This document shows, one piece after another, positions 36,697 to 45,510 of a stretch of 64,000 bases of DNA (its first letter is position 1; every line of letters begins with the position of its first letter). The DNA is from a virus. The stretch is from IMG/VR virus record IMGVR_UViG_3300014205_000232, positions 675-64,674 of that record. One strand, 5' to 3'. The notes below the pieces were generated by a model. It was given only the letters and a program-made list of their open reading frames with translations, was not told the DNA's origin and did not search any database. Position numbers and translations under genes: made by a program.

Positions 36697-37268
36697 GACC
36701 CCTGGTCATGCTGGACATTGACGGGGTGCTCAATCACCAAGGGTGGTATGAGCGCAATGGCAGTCCGCATGGCATCAAAGACCGTGAGAAATATCTTCTG
36801 GCACACTTGGACCCAGAGATCTGTGGTCTGTTGCAGGCTGTGCTAGCCCCTTTGAGGGCCGAGATCGTCATCTCGTCCACTTGGAGACTGGGGTCCACCT
36901 TGCCCCAACTCGGGGGCCTTCTGCGCCGTAAGGGGCTCTCTATCCCCTTGGTGGGTTGCACCCCTCTACTGGGCAGCAACCCACCAAGGGTTGACGTTGG
37001 GCACCTGTGGCGCACTATCGGCCGAGGGATGGAGATCCAATGGTGGTTACGCAAAAACACCAAGGTGGAAGAGGTCTGCCTCGCCATTTTGGACGACGAC
37101 TCCGATATGGGTGACCTGAAACCTCGACTGATCCATTGTGGGCTAAGAGGTTTTGAGGCAAAACAAGTCCCAGACCTTGAAGCAATGTTACGAATCCCGT
37201 TAGGCCCTCACGTATGGGCCTATGACGCTTTGGCTTGTACCCAATACGTAGAGGAGGACTCGGAATGA
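36693..37268 (+). CDS. HAD-superfamily phosphatase (polynucleotide-3'-phosphatase-like)
   Basis: Motif I MLDIDGVLN (DxDG), motif II ISSTWR, later Lys/Asp region. Confidence 0.6.
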   Translation: MRPLVMLDIDGVLNHQGWYERNGSPHGIKDREKYLLAHLDPEICGLLQAVLAPLRAEIVISSTWRLGSTLPQLGGLLRRKGLSIPLVGCTPLLGSNPPRVDVGHLWRTIGRGMEIQWWLRKNTKVEEVCLAILDDDSDMGDLKPRLIHCGLRGFEAKQVPDLEAMLRIPLGPHVWAYDALACTQYVEEDSE

Positions 37269-37753
37269 GACTCAAAGTACCCATGCCTGAGAAGACGTCC
37301 AGAGTCACACTGGAGACCATTCTGAGGGCTGAAATCGACAATCAGACGCTGCAGAACAAGGAATCCGCTGCTCACAGCAACTACAAGGTTATGCTGGAGA
37401 GGTTGCAGCATGTGGTGGAGGACAAAGAGAATGACCCCCTTCCCTGGACACTAAGCCATGTTTGTGTGGAGTATGATCGTTACGTAGAGGCAAAGAAGGC
37501 CTCTTCTAGGGCATACTTGCGGCTGAACACTCTCATGGCTCGTGCTCGACTGGAAAGCGGCATTGTTCACCCCTGGATTGAGGACTATTATCGGGCTGCA
37601 AGTCCAATCCCAGAGGACTCCCCCGAGGAAAGTCGGTACTGGGATCTTCTTCAGGATAGCTTCGAGGAAGCTCGTCAGTGTGAATGGGACCGGCAGAATG
37701 CCGAGGATGAAGAAGATCAGGACTTCGCCCCCCCGGAAAACGACCCGACTTGA
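37235..37753 (+). CDS. hypothetical protein with acidic C-terminus
   Basis: ORF track. Confidence 0.45.
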   Translation: MYPIRRGGLGMRLKVPMPEKTSRVTLETILRAEIDNQTLQNKESAAHSNYKVMLERLQHVVEDKENDPLPWTLSHVCVEYDRYVEAKKASSRAYLRLNTLMARARLESGIVHPWIEDYYRAASPIPEDSPEESRYWDLLQDSFEEARQCEWDRQNAEDEEDQDFAPPENDPT

Positions 37754-37777
37754 TTTTCCGCGCCCCTCAAAAAATCA

Positions 37778-37807
37778 GATCATGTTGCCCCCTGGTAGAG
37801 TAGTTAG
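37778..37807 (+). promoter_or_regulatory. promoter-like motif with ~55-nt leader
   Basis: gatcatgttgccccctggtagagtagttag. Confidence 0.5.
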
Positions 37808-37859
37808 TGCACAAGACCCCTAAGGTAGAGGGTCAGACTTCCCACATGAGGATCAAGAC

Positions 37860-38759
37860 ATGCGCGACATCACCGACCCGGCCAATCGTCAGGCCATTGC
37901 CCTGAGCCCGAACTTTACCGCAGCCCTGGACGACCTCCTGACGTTCTGGGCCTACGAGAACCGCCCCTACAGCAGCGGAGAGCTGGCGGCAGCTATCCGG
38001 GAGCACCGGCCCGACCTCAGCTTCTCCGTCCCGACTCTCGGTGGCATCCTGCGGGAGCGGTTCTACCAGAACACGCTCCCGTCCTACTCGGACGACGGGG
38101 ATGGGAACGGACCCTGCCAGCCCCTCCAGCGGGGGCGTTTCACCACGGGCAAGTACCGCACCCGGGCGGGGGTCGAGGTCTTCGTCTACGGGCCCAATGC
38201 GGATGCGTGCGACGCCCACGAGTTCGAGGTGTGGATCCCGCAGTGGAACGCTACCCTCGGGCGCATGATGACCATGGCCGACGCTCCCGTCCCCACGGTC
38301 ACCGCCCCCAGCGCGGACAGCGCCCCGGGAACGGCGCATCACACCCAGGCGCAGGCGCAGTTCCAGCAGGTCGTGGCGAACAACATCGCCAAGGATACGG
38401 CCACCGTCAAGGCTCGTACCTTGGTCTCGGGTGCGAAGCCGGCGGGGGTGGACTTCGTTGCCAGTGTCTGGCCCGACCGCCGCATGGCGGTCGGCCGGGG
38501 AGCGTTCGAGGCGCTCTGTCACCTGAGCGGCAAGAGCATCAGGGCGGGCGACCAGGTCCATGTCACGGTCAAGCTCGGCGATGAGGTCACGGTGACCCTC
38601 GAGCCGACTCCCGATTCCCGGCCGCTCAGCCTGGTTGCCACCAAGGGCAATGTGGCCTTCGCCTCGGGTGACCGCAGCCACCCGTTCGTGCCCGGCACCT
38701 TCTACCCGATCACGATCACCCCGGATGCGATCACGGTGAACCTGACCAAGGCCCTGTAA
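37860..38759 (+). CDS. hypothetical protein (markedly GC-rich gene)
   Basis: Promoter motif with a long leader; rho-independent terminator downstream; local GC clearly above neighbours. Confidence 0.5.
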   Translation: MRDITDPANRQAIALSPNFTAALDDLLTFWAYENRPYSSGELAAAIREHRPDLSFSVPTLGGILRERFYQNTLPSYSDDGDGNGPCQPLQRGRFTTGKYRTRAGVEVFVYGPNADACDAHEFEVWIPQWNATLGRMMTMADAPVPTVTAPSADSAPGTAHHTQAQAQFQQVVANNIAKDTATVKARTLVSGAKPAGVDFVASVWPDRRMAVGRGAFEALCHLSGKSIRAGDQVHVTVKLGDEVTVTLEPTPDSRPLSLVATKGNVAFASGDRSHPFVPGTFYPITITPDAITVNLTKAL

Positions 38760-38773
38760 GGGAACCCCTGCGA

Positions 38774-38810
38774 TAGAGAAGGCAGCCTTTGATGGCTGCC
38801 TTCTCTATTC
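38774..38810 (+). terminator. hairpin terminator
   Basis: agagaaggcagcc-tttgat-ggctgccttctct followed by attc. Confidence 0.55.
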
Positions 38811-38812
38811 TG

Positions 38813-38850
38813 GATCATGGTGTGCCGGAACAGAGTAGCTGTACTGTAGC
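38813..38850 (+). promoter_or_regulatory. promoter-like motif
   Basis: gatcatggtgtgccggaacagagtagctgtactgtag. Confidence 0.5.
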
Positions 38851-38872
38851 AGGTACACCACGGGAGCAAGTC

Positions 38873-39127
38873 ATGAACCTCAGGAAGCGAGAGGGTATCA
38901 AAATGGCCATGGAGGTCCGGCAGGCCGAGTTGGACGCTTGCTTGGACGGTAGCTGGCCTCAGGACATCAATGACGCGATGCGCTGGCTCAATTGTCCTCC
39001 TGGGGTTACGGAGAAGGACTATGCAGCCCACATGTGCCGGTTTGAAATCGAGGCACTTGTGACCCTTGACAAGCGCCTCCAGCTCCTGGAGGAGGGGCAG
39101 GTCGACTCAGAGTCCATCATCGAGTAA
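38873..39127 (+). CDS. small hypothetical protein
   Basis: Met29 of the ORF-track frame after promoter motif and GGGAG RBS; terminator follows. Confidence 0.4.
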   Translation: MNLRKREGIKMAMEVRQAELDACLDGSWPQDINDAMRWLNCPPGVTEKDYAAHMCRFEIEALVTLDKRLQLLEEGQVDSESIIE

Positions 39128-39149
39128 CCATAAAGGTCCTCTTGCGGTG

Positions 39150-39187
39150 TAGAGGAGCCTCGTGCACAATGGGGCTCCTCTTTTTTC
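39150..39187 (+). terminator. rho-independent terminator
   Basis: gaggagcc...ggctcctc followed by tttttt. Confidence 0.55.
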
Positions 39188-39575
39188 AGGTCGTCCGTGT
39201 ATGCTCCCTTTGACCGTTGAGGACATAAGGCGAATCTGCTTGGACGTCTTCCCTGGGGTGACGGTTCATACCACTGAAACCTCCACGATGGGAACCTGCA
39301 CCTTTTCGATCTGGCGTTTTCAAGTGACCTTGACATTGACCATCAAACCTCTTCTCCTTGTTGAAAAAGAGGGCATGGTCCATGCCGTTCTCAGTTTTCG
39401 GTATGACGCCACGACTCCAATCATCCCCTTGAAGAAAGAGTCTCTAGAGAGTGATCCTCAAGTGCGTGGGTTCCTATACCAACTGCACAAGTATGTGAAT
39501 GGGGTGGCTTGCGCTATTGTCATGGCGGACGAGCCACCCCTTTACTTCTGGGGGGAGGGAGCGGACAGGAACTGA
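39162..39575 (+). CDS. hypothetical protein
   Basis: ORF track. Confidence 0.4.
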   Translation: MHNGAPLFSGRPCMLPLTVEDIRRICLDVFPGVTVHTTETSTMGTCTFSIWRFQVTLTLTIKPLLLVEKEGMVHAVLSFRYDATTPIIPLKKESLESDPQVRGFLYQLHKYVNGVACAIVMADEPPLYFWGEGADRN

Positions 39576-40210
39576 AAAGAGAACTTGTCCCCTAGAGCTA
39601 CAGCCTCATCTACTGAGGTTTCAAAAAGAAACTCTTCCTCCTCCGCATAGAAGTAAGCCCGGGGCCCCTCGACCTGGCAGAAGCGGGCCATGCTGTAGGG
39701 GTTTCCTATTGCTCGTCGTTGCACCCGGTGTAACCACTCTGGGAACGAGATCACATCGGCTCCGTCGACAGCGGGTGGCAAGGTCCAACTCATCTCGGGG
39801 TAGTAACGAAGGTGCAGCGTGTGGTATGCCATTTTCACGACCCATATCGTGACCCCGTCTCTCCCTTTCTTTTTTGAGGACTTGGAGTGACGAACAACAT
39901 TTCCGTACACCCTGTGTGTATTTTCCGTCACATGAGCTATCAGGTCTTCTGCTGTTTTGCAGTCCCCCTGGGACATGAACAAGAACACGTCCTTGAACTG
40001 CAACTCAATCGCCAGACGAACAGTCAACCATGTGAAACCACCAAGATGCCGAAAGGGGTCTTGACCGGCTGCCCGATTGGCTTGGTACTGAGCTTGAATG
40101 TACTCGTCCAAAGGGGTGAGACGGAGAATCTTGTACGCTTTGGCCAGGGAGTCCCATCGGGGTTGGCTAAATCCAGGCCCCCGTGTTTTGGGGTCTAACG
40201 GGAGGGACAC
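39542..40210 (-). CDS. hypothetical protein
   Basis: ORF track; last gene of a 4-gene minus-strand block. Confidence 0.45.
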   Translation of the reverse strand: MSLPLDPKTRGPGFSQPRWDSLAKAYKILRLTPLDEYIQAQYQANRAAGQDPFRHLGGFTWLTVRLAIELQFKDVFLFMSQGDCKTAEDLIAHVTENTHRVYGNVVRHSKSSKKKGRDGVTIWVVKMAYHTLHLRYYPEMSWTLPPAVDGADVISFPEWLHRVQRRAIGNPYSMARFCQVEGPRAYFYAEEEEFLFETSVDEAVALGDKFSFQFLSAPSPQK

Positions 40211-40764
40211 AAACGGGGCTCCTGGAAGAGGGGAAAACCATGGGCTACGTCATCAAGGAACGAGTTGGCAGCCCCTAGTAAGGCCACCCGGGTCAAGACT
40301 GAGGAGGTGCTGAAGGTTGTACCATAGTACGCCCAGCCAACAGGAATGACTCCCCACACTCTGTCCCCTAAAAATCCCCGTGCACGTTGAGCAACTCTCC
40401 AGGTGAGATCCAAGACCTTACCCTCCAAGAGGACCCATCCATGCAATGTGGGAAGGCCCGTTAAACCCATGGCCCAACCCTCACAGTATTGGAGGGTGTT
40501 ACTTTTGTCCGAGGCCACGACGATTTGGGCATTGTGGAAGCAGTGCCCAAGTGGAAATCTTTTCAGTGGGCAGTGACGGAGGACATTCAACAGGAATGTT
40601 TTTTCTTCGTTCGAGAAAGCCTCGGAACGAAAACGGGACCCCCGGTCAAGGACGTAGTCCTCCCCTCCGAGGTAAGAGAATCCTTTGGGCAAAGTCAAAC
40701 CCAAACGGGTTTTGAACCGCACGGACTCTTTCAGATAGCGGTGCAGCAAGGTGTCAGCGTCCAT
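40195..40764 (-). CDS. hypothetical protein, possible papain-like/transglutaminase-like Cys-His-Asp fold
   Basis: Ordered QYCEGWA ... LHGWVLLEG ... VLDLT suggests a C-H-D triad; weak. Confidence 0.35.
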   Translation of the reverse strand: MDADTLLHRYLKESVRFKTRLGLTLPKGFSYLGGEDYVLDRGSRFRSEAFSNEEKTFLLNVLRHCPLKRFPLGHCFHNAQIVVASDKSNTLQYCEGWAMGLTGLPTLHGWVLLEGKVLDLTWRVAQRARGFLGDRVWGVIPVGWAYYGTTFSTSSVLTRVALLGAANSFLDDVAHGFPLFQEPRLCPSR

Positions 40765-40777
40765 AGGACGGACTACT

Positions 40778-41023
40778 CTAAAAAGGAAATAGGGACGACC
40801 AGTCTTGGTCGCTTTCCTCTAGCTCCTCTGCCGTGTAGGGCGCTAACCTTCCCTCGGGGTCTTCTACCCACCAATGTCCCGGTGGGTAACCCTCAATGGG
40901 TGTAAGCACTCGTCCCGTGCCCTCTTTTCTGTTCAACAAGAAAGAGGGCACAGCAAGAATGCTACACGTCTCACCAGGACTGGTGAGAACTACTTTGTAA
41001 CGTCGAATGTCCTCAACCCGCAT
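40778..41023 (-). CDS. small hypothetical protein
   Basis: ORF track; 13-nt gap to the downstream gene. Confidence 0.4.
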   Translation of the reverse strand: MRVEDIRRYKVVLTSPGETCSILAVPSFLLNRKEGTGRVLTPIEGYPPGHWWVEDPEGRLAPYTAEELEESDQDWSSLFPF

Positions 41024-41032
41024 CTTTTTCCG

Positions 41033-41260
41033 TTAGGGGCGCCAGTTTGGGCTCACCTGCACAACCTCGTGTGTGGTTCCCAGGATTTTCTGGCAGGAGG
41101 TGTCAGAAATGGGCAGCGGATCACTGCCGTCAAACTGACAGCCAACGGCTGTTCCTTCCTCCTGGAAAACAACAGGTGTGCTGCTCCAAATTTGGAGTAG
41201 CAACATCGTCACGAGCGCCATGAGGCTAAAAGCAACAAGGGACTTCATTGGGGACTTCAT
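41033..41260 (-). CDS. small secreted protein
   Basis: MKSPMKSLVAFSLMALVTMLLLQIWS signal-like; duplicated MKSP codons; minus-strand promoter motif upstream. Confidence 0.45.
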   Translation of the reverse strand: MKSPMKSLVAFSLMALVTMLLLQIWSSTPVVFQEEGTAVGCQFDGSDPLPISDTSCQKILGTTHEVVQVSPNWRP

Positions 41261-41280
41261 TGGGGCACCTCTTGGACATA

Positions 41281-41306
41281 CTACTCTACGCTATACCCAG
41301 ATGATC
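41281..41306 (-). promoter_or_regulatory. promoter-like motif driving the 41260 to 39542 minus-strand block
   Basis: Reverse complement gatcatctgggtatagcgtagagtag. Confidence 0.5.
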
Positions 41307-41329
41307 GAGTAATCAACAAGGTTAGGGAC

Positions 41330-41959
41330 ATGGGGCGAAATCTTTACATTTGTGTAGAGGGGCTGGATGGGTCGGGTAAAGACTCCCAGTTGGACATGCT
41401 TTGTCAATGGATGACGGAGGAGGGCCTGGGTCTTGTTCGTGTGGCGGAGCCCGATGAACAATTACCCACAGGAAGGCTGCTCCGTCAATTATTGCGCACA
41501 GGTGAGCACCCCGAAACCTATGCCGCACTGTTTTTGGCCGACCGCATAGCGTTACAAACCCACAAGGTGAAGCCTGCCCTACAAGCAGGCAAGTCCGTGG
41601 TAAGCAGTCGGTCTTTTGTGTCCACGCTAGTGTATCAGCAGGACAATTGGCCCCTCGACTGGCTGCAGCAACTCCACGCCTACCTACCGGCAAAGCCCGA
41701 CGTGATCTTGTACGTGATGACTCCCCCTGATATCTGTTTTCAACGTATGAGCCAGAGGGACCGGGAGTTAGAGGTCTTTGAAACCCCTCCTGCAATGGAG
41801 AAGGCCGCGGAACGTTATCTGTGGGTGCTGCAACAGTTGCCCCCTTGGTTACTTGCCCCTGGGGGTCAAGTTGTGATTGTGGATGGTACGGGTACAATGG
41901 AAGAGGTGCATGCCTTGGTTAAGGCATCGCTCACCCCACTGATCAAAGGAACCGAGTAA
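41330..41959 (+). CDS. tmk: thymidylate kinase
   Basis: ICVEGLDGSGKDSQ P-loop, DRIA (DRY-like) motif, lid region. Confidence 0.85.
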   Translation: MGRNLYICVEGLDGSGKDSQLDMLCQWMTEEGLGLVRVAEPDEQLPTGRLLRQLLRTGEHPETYAALFLADRIALQTHKVKPALQAGKSVVSSRSFVSTLVYQQDNWPLDWLQQLHAYLPAKPDVILYVMTPPDICFQRMSQRDRELEVFETPPAMEKAAERYLWVLQQLPPWLLAPGGQVVIVDGTGTMEEVHALVKASLTPLIKGTE

Positions 41960-42483
41960 TGGGTGGGAAGAACAAGGACAAGAATGCCTCAAAAAGGCGA
42001 CAGCGAGACAGCATGAAAAAGATCGCTCGGAGCAAAGAAATCGCTCGGCGCCCTCCCATGCCTCCTCCGAGACATGGTGTGCACCAAATCTCCTCGGAAC
42101 TGTTTCCAGATGAGGACTATTGGTTTTGGCTCGCTCATGGTGTGAACTGTGTCGTTTCCGACTACGACCAGGGCATTTGGAGTCCCCTGGTGGAGGACCT
42201 CTACACCGAGGGGTACAAGCTGGGCCAAGACGACCTGCTCGCCCGAATCAGTGATCGGTATGGGGCCAAGGATTGGCCTGTAGAGGGCAAGGCGGCCCTT
42301 GCTTGGGCCGTCTCTGAACGAACCGTGGTCTACATCTACATGATGGAAGCCATGCGTAGGATGCAGACGGCTTACCCCGACGATGACTTTCCTCAGTTGA
42401 GTATCAGAAAGCCGCACAACCCGGTAGTCTGGGAACTGTTCAATTTCATGAAGGGCAAACTGCTCTCTCGAGGTGCCAAGTGA
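41959..42483 (+). CDS. hypothetical protein with basic N-terminus
   Basis: ORF track; coupled to tmk and thyX. Confidence 0.45.
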   Translation: MGGKNKDKNASKRRQRDSMKKIARSKEIARRPPMPPPRHGVHQISSELFPDEDYWFWLAHGVNCVVSDYDQGIWSPLVEDLYTEGYKLGQDDLLARISDRYGAKDWPVEGKAALAWAVSERTVVYIYMMEAMRRMQTAYPDDDFPQLSIRKPHNPVVWELFNFMKGKLLSRGAK

Positions 42484-43172
42484 TTTTTCTACGTCCCCGG
42501 TACACTATTGAGGCTGGCACCTTTGGGATGGATGCTCTCAACCTGATTGAGAGTGCCGCTCGAACTTGCTACAAGAGTGAGGGCAACCCGGAACAAACGG
42601 CCTCCTTTGTCAAGCGTGTCCTTGACAGTCAGCATGAGTCCGTGATTGAGCATGTGGGTATGACCGTGCGGTTCATCATTGATCGTGGTGTTTCCCATGA
42701 GCTTGTACGGCATCGAGTAGCTTCCTTCAGCCAGGAGTCGACCCGCTACATCGACTACATGAAGAAAGCTAAGGGAGGGAACCTGCAGTTTATCATCCCA
42801 CCTTGGGTGACGGAGGAGTTTCCTGTTGGGGAGCAGGTGAACTTCAGTGAACTGCAAGCCTTTTGGGTGCAACACGAAATCAAGCCCTCCCTCGCAACCC
42901 AACAATGGGTGTCCTCAATGTCTTTGGCGGAGGTGGGCTACCGGGAGGTTCGCCAACAAGGGTGGTCGGCTCAGCAAGCAAGATCGATCCTTCCTCACAG
43001 TGCCAAGACCGAGGTTGTGATGACGGCCAACTACCGTGAGATGCGTCACATCTTGAAGTTGCGGACATCCAAGGCTGCTCATCCTCAGATCAGGGAGGTG
43101 ATGATCCCTCTCTTGGAGGAGTTGAAGGGGAGGACCCCGGTCCTGTTTGACGACATCGTCGTCCCCCTTTGA
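42480..43172 (+). CDS. thyX: FAD-dependent thymidylate synthase ThyX
   Basis: ThyX signature ELVRHRVASFSQESTRY (RHRx7-8S). Confidence 0.85.
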   Translation: MIFLRPRYTIEAGTFGMDALNLIESAARTCYKSEGNPEQTASFVKRVLDSQHESVIEHVGMTVRFIIDRGVSHELVRHRVASFSQESTRYIDYMKKAKGGNLQFIIPPWVTEEFPVGEQVNFSELQAFWVQHEIKPSLATQQWVSSMSLAEVGYREVRQQGWSAQQARSILPHSAKTEVVMTANYREMRHILKLRTSKAAHPQIREVMIPLLEELKGRTPVLFDDIVVPL

Positions 43173-43193
43173 TCTCGGTTTCTGCTTGATAGT

Positions 43194-43231
43194 CCCTGAG
43201 GGGGTGAGGGGATCCTCCCCACCCCTCAGGG
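43194..43231 (+). promoter_or_regulatory. 17-bp-stem hairpin overlapping the endolysin RBS
   Basis: ccctgagggggtgagggga-tcc-tccccacccctcaggg; the 3' arm runs into GGGAG 6 nt before the endolysin ATG; no U-tract. Confidence 0.45.
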
Positions 43232-43238
43232 AGTCAAA

Positions 43239-44189
43239 ATGACGTCAGCAGCAGTCTTGTCCGCGATCAAGTTCAATGTCAGCGCTTTGGGCCGGGTGTG
43301 GCGACTTGAGGATCTACCTTGGGCCTTCAGCACAGCCGACGTGGGTAGTGCCGAGTTTGTACGCGTGGTGGCCGTTTTTCAATCTAGCCATGGGTTGAAA
43401 GAGGACGGCAAGCTGGGCCCCAACACATTGGCCACGATGCGTGAAACGATGCGTGAGACCAAGCCGGTCAGCGACAGTCAAAAATTGACGGGACCTCAAA
43501 GTCTTGAGGTCGTACCCCCCGCCCGTCTGGGGGTGTCCAACTGCATCGTAGTGGGTGGTCTGAAGGTGACCCTCCCGCAGAATCTCCTGGACTCAGGCGT
43601 CTCAGCATCGAATTGGATGGACGACGGTGAAACTCGGTTCAAGGTCTACTCCCGAAAGGGAACCAAGGTTACACATCTAGTGATCCATGAATCGGTGACT
43701 CGGGACGCAGCCACAACGGTTCGTGTTCTCAAGCAACAGGACTTCGGGGTCCACTTGATGGTTGCCCCGGATGGTCATGTGTCCTGTCACAATGACCTGT
43801 TGCTGGACAATGTCGTTCATGGGAACCAGTTGAACGCTTCGTCCATCGGTGTGGAGGTGGTCAATCCCTACACAGGAAAGAATCTCAAGGCACCGTACAC
43901 GAGCACCATTCCCGCAACGTGGTGGACTTGGGTCCCCGACGGGGCTCCCGCCTTGTACACACTTCCCACCGAGAGTCAGCTTCGCACCTTGAGGGTGTTG
44001 GTTCCCTGGTTGTGCGAGATTCTTTCTGATTTGCCCTATGCCTTCCCAACGAAGGACCTGAACGAAAAGAATCCTCGGATTGAGGGTTATGCCAAGAAGG
44101 CAGCCCCGGCTGCGGGTGTGGTAGCTCATCGTGACTATGCAAGTCATGCGGATGGGCGTTACATCCTAGAGGCCCTGATCAACGGTTAA
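43239..44189 (+). CDS. endolysin: peptidoglycan-binding domain plus N-acetylmuramoyl-L-alanine amidase (Amidase_2/PGRP)
   Basis: PG_binding_1-like FVRVVAVFQSSHGLKEDGKLGPNTLATM; amidase_2-like THLVIHESVT...HLMVAPDGHV...NASSIGVEVVNPY. Confidence 0.8.
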   Translation: MTSAAVLSAIKFNVSALGRVWRLEDLPWAFSTADVGSAEFVRVVAVFQSSHGLKEDGKLGPNTLATMRETMRETKPVSDSQKLTGPQSLEVVPPARLGVSNCIVVGGLKVTLPQNLLDSGVSASNWMDDGETRFKVYSRKGTKVTHLVIHESVTRDAATTVRVLKQQDFGVHLMVAPDGHVSCHNDLLLDNVVHGNQLNASSIGVEVVNPYTGKNLKAPYTSTIPATWWTWVPDGAPALYTLPTESQLRTLRVLVPWLCEILSDLPYAFPTKDLNEKNPRIEGYAKKAAPAAGVVAHRDYASHADGRYILEALING

Positions 44190-44320
44190 GCCATTTCGAT
44201 CACAATAACCCGGGGAGTGTACTCATCCTCCTCGGGTTTTTCTTCTTCTCGAGGAGGCTCCCAACCAAACGGGGGCTCAGGGATCGGGATTTGAAGTTGT
44301 TGGTACTCAGATTCCCACAT
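44186..44320 (-). CDS. candidate 44-aa acidic Pro-rich peptide
   Basis: Minus-strand promoter motif, then GAGGAG, 6 nt, ATG; ORF MWESEYQQLQIPIPEPPFGWEPPREEEKPEEDEYTPRVIVIEMA; below the ORF-track size cutoff; coordinates ±2. Confidence 0.3.
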   Translation of the reverse strand: MWESEYQQLQIPIPEPPFGWEPPREEEKPEEDEYTPRVIVIEMA

Positions 44321-44343
44321 GATCAGCTCCTCGTCTTCCTTGT

Positions 44344-44369
44344 CTACTCAGATCCTCATCCTCATGATC
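44344..44369 (-). promoter_or_regulatory. promoter-like motif (minus strand) downstream of the endolysin
   Basis: Reverse complement gatcatgaggatgaggatctgagtagaca. Confidence 0.4.
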
Positions 44370-44442
44370 CACGGTGGACTCCGTTTTCTTTTTGATAGCT
44401 CCTTCTTGATGACGTGGAACCACTTCCGAGAATGAGGACATC

Positions 44443-45498
44443 ATGAATCCCAGTAGCATTGGCAAAAAAACGGCACCTAGGCAGGTGGATCCCAACTCCC
44501 CTTACCTCAAGAATGTCAATCAGAGGAACTTTTCAGAGTTGTCCTCCTTGATGCGGACTGGGGCTGAAGAATTGGTGCTGGCTCGACGGATGGCCCACCT
44601 GATTAAGACCACCCCGTCACTGGCTCCCGTTTTGACTCCCATGCTCAAAGAAGCAGCCCTGAATTGGCGGGAGGAGTTGGACGCTTTTCATGCCGCCTCC
44701 CATCGGTTTCCGAGCCTAACGGCCGAGACCTGGTCCAACCTCAGTAACTTCAAGAAGTACGCCCTGAGCGTCAAGACCGCTCACGTGGCCCTGTTGCGGT
44801 CCATGGGTTTGACGAAGGAGGCCGTTCGTGACGGTAAAGCCTTCATGGTTTACCACATTGAGGCCGAGGCCAACAAGTCCAAGTTCTACGAGGCTGTGAT
44901 CGTTGAGGAGGAGTTGGGCTACCGCCTTATCCGGCGTTGGGGTGCCCTTACCGACTCCATGGGCACTGGCCGTGTAGACGGGGCTCAGAATGACACACAG
45001 CCTCGCTTCCTCTTCCCGACCCTTATGTCAGCCAAGAAGGCTCTTGAGGAGGTGTACAAAACCCGCATGGCCCATGGCTACATTGACGCCTTTGGACCAA
45101 AGCATAAGACTCCTGATGGCAAGACCCTCCCCATGGGTCAGTACCCCGTAGGTCTCACTCGGACTGTGGGTTTCGGATGGGGTACGCAATCTGTGACCAA
45201 GTGCATCCCTGGTTTGCGGCAGCTTGAGCAGTCCATTGCCTATGCCCGTGAGGAAATCGTCCGCACGGGTAAGAGTGATGAGGTTTTGAACTATCTGTTG
45301 GAGGCTCAAAAGCAGATTTCGGCAGTGGTACATGCAGACAGCTCTATGTCGAACAAGATCCTCTCCGCGGTTGGGTCCGCCATTCGCCGGTTGACTGGGT
45401 CCCCTCGTTTTCTCCCCGACCCTGAGGGTGAAGCCTTGGGCAAGAGTTTACAGACCGTTCAAAAGTACATCCAGAAGCAGCTTTCCCTCTGTTCCTAA
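44443..45498 (+). CDS. hypothetical protein
   Basis: ORF track. Confidence 0.5.
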   Translation: MNPSSIGKKTAPRQVDPNSPYLKNVNQRNFSELSSLMRTGAEELVLARRMAHLIKTTPSLAPVLTPMLKEAALNWREELDAFHAASHRFPSLTAETWSNLSNFKKYALSVKTAHVALLRSMGLTKEAVRDGKAFMVYHIEAEANKSKFYEAVIVEEELGYRLIRRWGALTDSMGTGRVDGAQNDTQPRFLFPTLMSAKKALEEVYKTRMAHGYIDAFGPKHKTPDGKTLPMGQYPVGLTRTVGFGWGTQSVTKCIPGLRQLEQSIAYAREEIVRTGKSDEVLNYLLEAQKQISAVVHADSSMSNKILSAVGSAIRRLTGSPRFLPDPEGEALGKSLQTVQKYIQKQLSLCS

Positions 45499-45510
45499 GT
45501 CGAGGTTCTT

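Noticed and set aside
37833-38681. 282-aa minus-strand ORF
   Set aside because: Antisense to the GC-rich + gene that has promoter and terminator; Arg/Gly/Asp-rich as expected for a GC-rich antisense frame.
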